A stretch of 64,000 nucleotides of DNA from assembly GCA_964247055.1 (NCBI GenBank), contig OZ176051.1, positions 3,968,001 through 4,032,000 on the forward strand. The letters run 5' to 3'. Under the pieces are notes generated by a model that did no database searches, had not been told where the DNA came from, and was given only the letters and a program-made list of their open reading frames with translations. This document shows positions 27,901-39,300 of this stretch, piece after piece (the first letter of the stretch is position 1; each line of letters starts with the position of its first letter). The DNA comes from Paragordius varius. Its lineage: Eukaryota > Animalia > Nematomorpha. The position numbers were made by a program, and so were the translations under genes.

Positions 27901-29007
27901 CGGACCGGTAGACGGTTATTATTGGTTGTTGATAATTGATAGTGCCTCGAAATGGGCAGAAGGGTTTATTTTGAAAAAGGTAACCGCAGCGAATATAATC
28001 CATAAAGTAGAAGAAACCTTTGCAAGGTTCGGGTTTGCAAGAGAGATCGTTAGCGATAACGCTTGGTATTTCAGTAATGAGTACTTCACGTCAACCTTAA
28101 GTACGTTAGGGGTGAAACATATTAAGGTTACCCCCTACCATCCTAAGAGTAATAGGATGGTAGAAAGGTTAGTGGGTACGATAAAAAATAAATACAAAAG
28201 AATAAAAAATAATGCGATACCCACCCACGAAGCTTTTAACACCAGTCTATGGGCGTATAGAGATTCTATACACTCAAAAACGAAGGAAACCCCGGCCTAG
28301 TTTCAAGAGAATACCCCATACCCCCTTAACCTGATTAAATAGTAGGGCGAGATTGCTAGATGCACCGGCCCCCCGACGGCAGTTTGCCATTAATGACCAG
28401 GTAATGATTAAAAATGAACGTCCAGGGTGGCGCGCCGGAGAGATTACTGACCGTACAGGGTTATTTTTATACATGGTATGGGACAAAGACCGGGAGAAAT
28501 TCGTGAGGAAACACGCCAATCAAATGGTACACCAGCCACAACAACAAACTAGCAACATAAGTGATGAGGATGTAACCACTGCCAAGGATGATAGAACAAT
28601 CGCCGAAACGCAACCAAACACGATCAATCCAAGTGATGAAACCGAACCGATTACCCCGACAGCCGAAAGTCCAAATAATGATAATACCCAGAAACCTGCC
28701 ACAACCGGCTCCCCCGCAAAAATACAGGAACCGGTACCCGACAAGAAGTCGTCAGAAACCCGCCCGTTTTCGTTAGAAGGGGGTAGCGATGTTATAGTTG
28801 TAACTGACAGCCTAATTTGAATGAGCCTTTTATTATACTATTAAATTAACCGCAGAAACAACATTCGTGATCTATTATTATATTAACCTCGTAACTTATG
28901 TTTGTAGTATTATTATATTATTATAACCTCACCGCCACGTGTGACTATTATTATTATTATTATACCTTGAGTTAATTTTATAAAAGCAAACATCTCTCCT
29001 TGATATA
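24929..29007 (+). mobile_element. Decayed Ty3/Gypsy LTR retrotransposon (gag-PR-RT-RNaseH-IN); 5' LTR not seen
   Basis: Gag-like FEDYLEFISNVLEAKDI; CCHC knuckle CNKCGKLNHFARMC; protease FIYDTGS; RT RMPFGL and YLDD; RNase H ETNASDLGFG; HHCC remnant LHSGH...CESCQ; integrase HIDIAGP, IVSDN, PYHPKSNRMVER. Multiple stops and frameshifts. Confidence 0.95.
28790..29007 (+). repeat. Putative 3' LTR (218 bp)
   Basis: Follows the purine tract agaagggggtagcga, starts TGTTATAG and ends AATACA. No second copy in the window, so the end is unconfirmed. Confidence 0.55.
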
Positions 29008-29039
29008 TGTGAATACAATCGACCTAATTATATTAGATA

Positions 29040-30185
29040 TCTATATATTTATAAAAATGGAAAATGCTGGCTTTGTGATCTGGTACAGGAAAACCGGTAG
29101 ACCCATTCAAATCCAAACTTCGAAAAAATATAATCATTAATGAATGCCCCGACAATAGCTTCGCCTTTTTTTTTGAAATAGGCCCCCAGTTCGGGCCCAC
29201 CCCGTGTGAAAAACGGGTTTTTTTTGAAAACACAAGTCCACAAAAATCGTGTCTTTGAGACAATTTTCCGGAGAACGTGTTGGACCATTCAATTTTAAAT
29301 ATAATTTTTGTTTACTTATTTTCGATTGCGCCGAACATAGTCGAGTCACTTTTTTGATTTAGGCCCTCTTTTTACCCGCTCCCCCCCGTAAAATGCCACC
29401 TTTTTCAAAAAACAAAGTCCACAAAAATATTTTTTTAAATCGATTTTTCGCCTTAGGTATGAGACCGTAAAAATTCAATAAAGATTCCACGTATTCCCTG
29501 TTAAAAGGCAAAAATTTTAGTCAAGCGTTTCTTGGATGATAGCTGTTGGGTTAGGAGCTACCCGCTAAAAACTGATTTCTCATGTAACTTTGTGATCTGT
29601 TTCCGGAACACCGGTGAACGCAATCAAATCCAAATATCGAAAAAATATAATCATAAATAAATGTCCCGACAATAGCTTCGCCCGTTTTTGGAATTAGGTC
29701 CCCAGTTCGGGCCCACCCCGTGTGAAAAATGGGTTAAGTCAATTTTTTGGAGAACGTGTTGGACCATTCAATTTCAAATATGATTTTTGTTTACTTATTT
29801 TTGATCGCGCTGAACATAGTCGACTCACGTTTTTGATTTGGGCCCTCTTTTTACCCGCTACCCCCGTAAAATGCCATTTTCTTCAAAAAAAAAACAAAGT
29901 CCACAAAAATAATTTTTTGATTGTATTTTTTTTCCTACGGTATGAGACTGTAAAAATTCGAGAAGGTTTTTTCGTATTGCCTGTTAAAAGGCAAAGATTT
30001 TAGTCAGGCGTTTCTTTGATGATAGCTGCTGGGTAAGGAGCTACCCGCTAAAAACTGATTCCTCATGTAACTTTGTGATCTGGTACCGGAAAACCGGTAG
30101 ACCCATTCAAATCCAAACTTCGAAACCACCCCCAGATGTCCGAAGGACTTCCTCGGGCTGCGTAGAAGCACGAGATTTACGCTAG
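29040..30185 (+). mobile_element. Non-autonomous Helitron with two internal tandem units of about 500 bp
   Basis: A|TCtatatatttataaaaatg 5' end; 3' hairpin ctcgggctgcgtagaagcacgag then atttacgCTAG|T. No TSD; A^T insertion. Confidence 0.85.
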
Positions 30186-30229
<44 letters not shown>

Positions 30230-30579
30230 TCATTATATACCAACGCACATATATACAATAAATTTATCCTTTTACCGTTATTGACCTTACTTGTGGGATT
30301 TATTTATTAATGGATAACATACAATTTGGTTAAACGTTGTGAATTCCTGATTTTACGTCATGCAAAGAAATTATTTTTGCATTGAACTGTGAATGAAAAG
30401 TAGGTTTTTTTTGAATCCAAGGTGGAAAAAATCGTGGCTTTTATTTTGTCAAGTCGGTTAATGTATAACAGGGCCATATTGCTCGTGCAAGACCATGATA
30501 TTTATTCAATATATAAGAGGTATTGTGTCTTATGACTTATGATTGCAACTTAACCGTGAATTCCCAACACTATCGCCAA

Positions 30580-33500
30580 CAAATATGAAAAACGACCGAA
30601 ATGCATCATAAGACATGGCAAAGTGGTTTTGCCAATGTATATTAGATTAAGATACCATAAACTTCATGGGGAATAATCCGTAAAACCTTGTCTCAATTAC
30701 AAAAACCATTTAGAAACGACTAACAAAAATGATTGATGATAATAAAACCTCTATCGAAATTTTAATTTTAATATAAATAATAATATATATTATGATAATG
30801 CTAGTACACCTATAAATACAAATAATATAAATAATAGAAATAATAATAATTCAAAAACAATAATAAATAAACCAGGTACAAATGAACAACCAAAAATATA
30901 AATGAGATACAAGAATCCCAATAAAAACTTCAAATCTATATCGGAACCATTTAAAATTGGCTCTTGGAATGTTGGAACAATGATTAATAAGCAATGGCTG
31001 GTTATAGATACGGTGCGAAACTTAGATTTAAACATATGCTGTTTACAAGAAACTCGATATAAAAATGCAGGTATAAAACACTTTGATGATTATTCATTAC
31101 TATACCAAGGTGGGAACAAAGGACAATCTGGCGTCGCCATAATGATGAAAGATACACATCGACAAAACCCAATCACCGTGACCCGTCACAGTGATAGAAT
31201 TATTCAAGTTAGAATGATATACAACAAATTGATCCTCAGTGTTATTTCCATATATGCACCCCAAAAAGGCTTGTCCGATACATGCAAGCTGGATTTTTGG
31301 GATCAGCTCTATCAAATATGTTCCAATATACCCCCGAAACAGACTGTATAATGATTGGAGGAGATTGAAATGCACATGTTGGAAGCAGCGAAGGTTTTTC
31401 TGGGGAGGATAAAACTTTGATAATCGGGACAAAGAAGGAAAAAATGTCTTAGAATTCTGTGCAGCTCAGCGACTACAGTTAGCAAACACTCTGTTCACCA
31501 AAAGCAAAAATAAACTGATTACATAGACTTATGGCAATAATAATACAACAATAGACTACTACATCCTAACTAGCCAACACATTCGAAAATATCTGGTAAA
31601 TACAACCACTTTTAATTCTGAAACACAGCACAGCATAAAGTTTTAACATCAATTTTTAAATTTAATTCAAGACCCTTCAATCATAAAACCAAACCCAGAC
31701 TATACACAAGTTTAAAGAACCTGATATAATGAAAAATTTCAAAAAGTCGCTTAACTTAAACATTGATAATCTAAACGTTGACAACTCCTGGAAAAGTCTA
31801 AGAAGCAATACGATTGAAAATGTAGAAAATGGTGTGGTAGAAGAAAGAGCAAAATCCAAAAGAAATGGTGGTGGGACGATGCAATTAAGCCACTACTTAA
31901 AGAAAAGGCGCATTTGTATAAAAAATGGAAGAAATCCAAAAGAGAATACGACAAAACTGATAATTACAAATACAACAAAAAGGTACAAAAGGAAATAAAT
32001 AAATTGATGAATGAAAAGGCTAAAGATACTGCCGATAAATTGGAAAAGGAAATCCAAAATAATAAAATTTTTAAACATATGAAACTTTACAATAATAACA
32101 AAAAAGATATACCAACGACTAAATGTATAAAAGATAATAATAATAATAATTTACAAATACAAAATTAATTAAAACCATATGACAAAATATATAGAGCAAA
32201 ATCTAAACAACCCTTTAACACCCATAATAAATTCTAACACAGATCCTTCTTGTGGCCCATTAAGGACATTCACAATACAGGAAATTGAAATTGCCTTATA
32301 TTAAAGGAAATCAAACAAGGCTTCGGGCCCTAGTGAACTATGTTTTGATATCATAAAGTTTATACCCAATATTTCCATGCTTCTAACAAATTTATTTAAC
32401 AAAATAATAGTTTAAAAAATACCCACAGACTGGGAAAAAAGCATTATATTTCCCATCTTCAAAAATAAAGGAGATATCCTAACCTGTTCCTCATATAGGC
32501 CCTTAAAATTTCTTGAACATAGGTTAAAAATTTTGAAATGTGCATCAAAAATCGTATCGTCCAGCTCATATCAATTAATCCAATGCAATTCGCCTTTTCA
32601 GCGGGTAAAAGCACAATCGATCCAATTTTCTTACTCAGACAATTACAAGTAAATACAGAGCAAAAGGACTTAAACTATTCCACCTTTTTGTAGGTTTAGA
32701 AAAGGCATACGACTCAGTACCTAGAGCGCTAATAATAGAATCACTGCGCTACAACAACGTAGATGAATATACCATTAAGTTAATTAGGTTAATCTACACT
32801 AACTCAATCAGTTGTGTTCTTACACCTGTTGGGAATTCAGAGTATTTTAGTATTAATACTGAGCTGCAGGGTCTGTCTTAAGCCCACTTCTTTTCATAGC
32901 TGACCACATAACAAAAGATATTAGAGAAGGTCTGCCATATGAAATTCTCTACGCAGACGACCTTATAATAACTGCAGAAGATATTTCAATACTCGAAAAT
33001 ATATCTAATATGGTTAAAACAATTACATGAACACGGTCTTAAGATCAATACAAACAAAACCAAAATTCGATGAGCATATAACTATCAAGTTCCCATGCCC
33101 AGTGTGCACCACTGGGGTACAACTAAACTCACTTTGTTGTACAAGCAGAAATTGGGTCCATAAAAAATGTTCCAACATAAAAGGAAAGTTCATTAAATAA
33201 TAATTTTATCTGCACACCATGTGCTTTATCGATACCACTGTCAATATCGAATCCGCGTACTTTAAACTTTAATGGAGACAAACTAGAAGTTGTAACATCT
33301 TTTCCATATCTGGGCGATTATATAGATCTGATGGTTCTTTGAGGGATGCCATTTCTCCTAGAATCAGACAAGGATGGGCCAAATTCAATCAATTATAATA
33401 TATTTTAACTAATAAAAATATCAAATCGAATCATAAGATAAAAATTTACAAAATGGGAATAAGACCAGCTATGACATACGCTACAGAAACACCTGGGCCC

Positions 33501-33850
33501 TTACAGCAACATACTTAAATAGACTTACTAGAGCTAAAAATCACAAGCTAAAAATCTGCAACAATAATTTTGATACCGTAAAAGAAGATGAACCTATAGC
33601 TCTATACATTCAGCGCAACCGATTGCGATACTACGGACATATTCAACGTATGAATTCCGATAACTGGGTACAAAAAATACAACATTTAAACATACCCGGC
33701 CCAAACACAAAAGGCCGCCCTAAACTCACATGGTCCAAACAGCTGACCCAAGATCTATCACAATACAAAACTGAACACAAACAAGTCTTTGATAGAATAT
33801 TGTTCAGAAAGTTGGTGCATGGAAACCCCAGATACCCTGGGACCTGATGG
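30580..33850 (+). mobile_element. Decayed RTE-type non-LTR retrotransposon (APE endonuclease plus RT)
   Basis: IGSWNVGTM, ICCLQETRYK, GVAIM, SIYAPQ; RT QFAFSAGKSTIDPIF and LYADDL; internal Cys-rich CPVC...WVHKKC; C-terminal LRYYGHIQRM...GRPKLTW. Many frameshifts; 5' boundary approximate. Confidence 0.9.
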
Positions 33851-33907
33851 ATTATTAATAAAAACAAGCATAGTAAAATGTAATAACATTTATTTTTATG
33901 AATCACA

Positions 33908-36153
33908 TTAAAGAGTGTCTCCGTTTTCAATAGTTTTTTTAGGGGGCCAATCTAAATGAATTTCAGTCACGTCCAACTCAAGTAGATAGATAGGTTGTCC
34001 CAATATATTGCTTAAATTTGGTTGAGTACGGCCAAAATCGCCATGAACAAATTCTTTGACATATCTTATGATTAATTAATTAATTAATAGTTAAAAAAGG
34101 TCGCATATATACGATAATTATTTTTATATTATAAATGATTAAATAAATTTACAATAATTGCGCTTAATTTATTTTTAAATGATAAAATTAAAAACTATAA
34201 TATGGCACAAGTTTTAGGCTCAAAATAAAATTATTGCTTTCTTTTAATCAACAAATAAGATAAAATGTGAGCGCATTCGAAACATTAAGTCAAAGGAATA
34301 TCAAAACCCAACTAATATGTACAATATTAACTTAACAATTTAATAGAGACCTTGGTTTTCGGTCAAATATTTTCAGCTAAACATTTTTGGAATATCTATT
34401 CAAATAATTTATGCTTAATCACAAAAAGTTAAAAAAATATTATAAAACAAATTTAGCGATTTTAATAATTATTGGTAAAAATATATGGATATATAAATAA
34501 AATTATTTACGTTCCAGCTTGGCAAGTTATGTGTAGGATAAAATAATGCGGATCAAGAAACCTAACCGTAATATCATAAATCTCTTTTTTCCTAGTGCTT
34601 TGTGTCCTTCTATAACAAAAAAAATAGGTTACAATTAATGAGATGCATGACCTAATTTTTAATTTATAATGATAAGATTATAAAGGTAAAAATCCCACAA
34701 AATTAACTTTAACTCTGTTAACACGCTTAAATTTTTGTTAGATAAATTTGCAAAAAGTCAAAAAGTATTTTAAAAATCGAAAATTAATGCTAATTTTATT
34801 TTTTCGCAGCAAGTTAATCAAACCTATGTAGCACTCTAAGTGGCGTTTTTTGATCCAAAATCCATTTAGGTATGTTTTGAGGATCAGAGATTGCTGACAC
34901 ATTATCAGGAGATACTTTGTATTTGTCCAATAAGTTTATAAATCGATCATTCCACGATGAACTATTGTAAGGGTGGGAAAATATTGGGGCATTTTTCCCA
35001 AAACACAATGCTATATAAGTTTTAGCCTTTGACTGTTCACCAAGTTTAACGAAGGTTTTTACAGATTTTTTACTAACAAATTGGATATCTTTGATAGATA
35101 TCAAATTTGACCAGGATGTGGATGTTTTGCTGTCTCCATAATTTAAATGCATCTTTGATGTTATGATAGAGTTGTCAATTTTAAAACTATCATCAAGAGA
35201 ATATTTGTAGAGATGGCCAAACTTTCGATTGGTAACTACTGTAAAATCCGATACCAAAAATGACATGTCTTTTGCCAAATTTCCTTCAATGGCACTTAAT
35301 TGCTCAGGACTTAAACGAGAATTTTTTATTTCAAGGCAAAAAGGGCGACCATCACCCAAACAACGAACATTTACATCCTCGCGACCGGATGCTGAAAATA
35401 TTATGGTATCAAAAAATTTTGTTTTTAAAGGGAAATATCGTTCCAAACACGTGGCAAATGCCTGCTTTATGATTTCTTCCAATGAAATTGGTAAAACATA
35501 AGAAGGCGATTCACTAATTTCATTACTTTTACTCGTAAACGTCAACCAGGGCGTTTGACTCAAATATCTATTGTATTTACAATAACGACCGGCTAAGTAT
35601 ATTGACTCTCTTTTTAGGTCAACTTCTGTGTTAGCACAATCTCTTTCATATCGCGTTGTTACGGAAATATCACTATTATCTGTGCAAACAATGTTTTTTT
35701 CCCTTAATATTAAACTGATGTAAAATTTCCAAACATCTTTTACAGTATAAAATTGAGTAAATTCGTCCCTGAGCGCTAACTATAAATTATTTCGAATGTT
35801 ACAAATTGTTCTTCCATAAATGTTGGAAGCGATAAATTTAACTGAATTTGAGGAGCGTCGAATTGCATATCTTTTAGCTTTGTTATAATCTGAAAAATAA
35901 AAGATTAGATACCGAAAAGGCTGCACTTCTTAGCCGAGATGGTTCAAGAATATCCAAACAAGATTGGCATTTAGTACGATGATCTTTTTCTAAGAGCTAA
36001 TTTAAAGAGTAATAATACCTCCTCAAACTTTCCCAAGTTTTTCTCATTCTTCCAAATTAATAAGCAACTTTGGCACATGTACTCCATATTTTCCTTGTGA
36101 TACAATATTTTAGAACATCTCAGCTTTTTTGTATGCGTTTTTGTTGTGATCAT
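33908..36153 (-). CDS. PUS10: tRNA pseudouridine synthase Pus10, about 505 aa, 6 exons
   Basis: Exons 36153-36019, 35996-35913, 35889-35803, 35779-34824, 34609-34511, 34064-33908 (1518 nt, open). IYLAGRYCKYNRYLSQTPW; catalytic motif SASGREDVNVRCLGDGRPF; QKTPLRVLHRR; QAGTYVKEFVHGDFGRTQP; LLELDV...LDWPP. Confidence 0.95.
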
Positions 36154-36308
36154 CCAAAAGGTATTTTTTTTATTTTTTAATAATTAGTTGATACTGAGAA
36201 CATTAATAAAAGCATTTATACCGCATATATCAACCGTTTTATGACTTTAACTTTTTTGGGACAAAGATTTGTGTCTATTAGTAATAATTTGAGGTATAAA
36301 CAAAATAA
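36154..36308. promoter_or_regulatory. Putative bidirectional promoter between PUS10 and EIF5
   Basis: The divergent start codons are separated by only 155 bp; no specific motif was assigned. Confidence 0.55.
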
Positions 36309-39300
36309 ATGGCTTCCATCAACGTTAATCGCAGTGTGTCCGATAGGTTTTATAGGTACAAGATGCCTCCCTTAATCGCCAAAGTATATTTATTTATATT
36401 AATTTAAAGATTGAAGGGAAGGGAAATGGTATTAAAACTGTTATTGTAAACATGTCCGAAATCGGCAAATGCTTGTCCAGACCACCTACATGTAATAATA
36501 TTAACATTTATTTTTAAAAAATTATTTATAAAAAATATATTTTAGAGTTAAACATTTTTAATATTCTAGATTTGACAAAATATTTTGGCTGTGAATTCGG
36601 CGCACAAACTAAATGTGATGCCAAAAATGATCGTTACATAGTTAATGGGGCCCATGATGGATCTAAGCTACAGGAAGTTTTGGATGGATTTATAAAACGT
36701 TTTGTATTATGTACCGAATGTGGAAACCCAGAAACGGAATTGGTAATTTATGCAAAAATGCGCTTTATGTGTTGATCTTATTTTAACTTATAACTAAAGC
36801 CAGTTTAGGATGTTCTGCAAAGATATCCACTTCGTAAGGGGTTTTTCATAGCGGCATGTGTCAGGTGCAAACGTCGCCTCAACATATAGACTACCAATTC
36901 AATCCCACTATATATTTTTTTAGGGCGATTTGCTCTTATCTTTTAAACTTTTAATTAATTTTGTCTTTTCATTTTTGTTTTATTTTAATAGCAAATTAAT
37001 GGTAAACGACAACTCATAAACATGTCATGTAAAGCGTGTGGTCATGTAGGGACACTCGATAATCACCATAAATTAATTGCTTTCATACTGAAAAATCCGT
37101 TTGATGATACATCGGCCTATAATACTTCCACCACGGTTTCTAATAATGAAGGTAGTTTTAATACTTTTTTGTTTTACGAAAAACTGATATAAAATATGAA
37201 CTCCATAATAAAATATGGCCGAAAAAAGATATATTAAATAATAATAATAAGTACCCTAATCTAGAAAAATATATTTCGTTCAATTTAACATTTTTAAAAA
37301 CAATAAAATTTCTGTGTTTTTTTAAAAGCAAAAAAGTTGGAATAGAGGTCGCACAGATAATAAAATTAAATCTTTGCCATTTTTTATTTTATAATTTACT
37401 AGCGTGAATCTCGTGCTGCTACGCAGCCCGAGGAAGTCCTTCGGACTTCTGGGGGGGGGGGGGGGGGGGGGAGAGGGGGGGGTTCGAAGTTTGGATTTGA
37501 ATGGGTCTACCGGTTTTCCTGTACCAGATCACAATGCCAGCATTTTTCATTTTTATAAATATATAGATTACCATAAATAATGTTTTAATATCCATATATC
37601 TTTTAACATGCTATACATATGATAGATACTCCTTACTCAGCATCTATCATCAAAGAAACGCTTGACTAAAATTTTTGCCTTTTAACAGGCATTACGAAAA
37701 ATCCTTCTCGAATTTTTACAGTCTCATACCGTGGGCAAACAAATACAATCAAAAAAATATTTTTGTGGACTTTGTTTTTTTTTGAAAAAAATGGCATTTT
37801 ACGGGGGGAGCGGGTAAAAAGAGGGCCTAAATCAAAAAAGTGACGCGACTATGTTCAGCGCAATCGAAATTAAGTAAATAAAAATCATATTTGAAATTGA
37901 ATGGTCCAACACGTTCTCCAAAAAATTGACTTAACCCATTTTTCACACGGGGTGGGCCCAAACTGGGGACCTAATTCCAAAAAAGGGCGAAGCTATTGTC
38001 GGGGCATTCATTAATGATTAAATTTTTTTGATGTTTGGATTTGATTGGGTTCACCGGTTTTCCGGAAACAGATCACAAAGTTATATGAAAAATCAGTTTT
38101 TAGCGGGTAGCTCCTTACCCAGCAGCTATAATCAAATAAACGGTAGACTAAAATTTTTGCCTTTTAACAGGGTACGTGGAATCTTTATTGAATTTTTACG
38201 GTCTCATACCTAGGGCGAAAAATCGATTTAAAAAATTATTTTTGTGGACTTTGTTTTTTGAAAAAGGTGGCATTTTGCGGGGGGAGCGGGTAAAAAGAGG
38301 GCCTAAATCAAAAAAGTGGCTCGGCTATGTTCAGCGCAATCGAAAATAAGTAAACAAAAATTATATTTAAAATTGAATGGTCCAACACGTTCTCCGGAAA
38401 ATTGTCTCAAAGACACGATTTTTGTGGACTTCTGTTTTCAAAAAAAAACCGTTTTTCATACGGGGTGGGCCCGAACTGGGGGCCTATTTCAAAAAAAGGG
38501 CGAAACTATTGTCGGGACATTTATTAATGATTATATTTTTTCGATATTTGGATTTGATTGGGTCTACCGGTTTTCCTGTACCAGATCACAAAGCTAGCAT
38601 TTTCCATTTTTATAAATATATAGATTTCCCAATAATTAAGGTTTATAATAAAAAACTAAAATATACATATAAATACAGGACCAAACTTTATTAAACTTTA
38701 AATGTTTTTTTAAAACCTGTTAACTTGTTTCTTTGAATTCAGATGTTTGTTCATTGGCAAGTTCAGTTTATAATCTTGATGGCTATTTTATTTTTTGCAA
38801 ATTATATGGTGGTAATAATTTATTTGGGAAAATTTTCACCCATTAATTCGGCTTTAAAATTTTTTATATGTAAGAGACAGCACCAAACTTTTTAAACCTT
38901 GATTGATTTTTTCTACCCAAATACTTTAATGATTACAATATATTAACTTATCTTAGTTTAAATAAGGTTGTCTAAAAATGGGTTTTAATTTTTCATAATA
39001 ATTACAATTTTTAATGGACTTTTTGCGCAGTCACAGGGGAGTCTTTTTTCTACCAAAAATGTGTTTTTCGAGCTTATATGTCATATATTAATTAGATTGT
39101 TTTATCCTTTTTTAAATTATTAATGGTATTATTACTTTGTTTTTGGTATGTGTTTTCTTCTGATAATATTTTTCTAAATATTAAACAAAAAATATTAAAA
39201 AAAATATAAAGATAAACCATAAAATCTATACATTATAATAACAAAATTCATATTTATAATTCAAATAAATTAAAAAATATTGGAGGGAAAGAGCCAGCTA

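Noticed and set aside
25100-28300. Programmed frameshifting or stop readthrough in the Gypsy ORFs
   Set aside because: Breaks are numerous and fall inside conserved domains, which indicates decay.
29033-30258. Overlapping ORFs in the Helitron, mirrored at 38028-38694
   Set aside because: They recur only because the non-coding repeat is duplicated; no Rep or helicase motifs.
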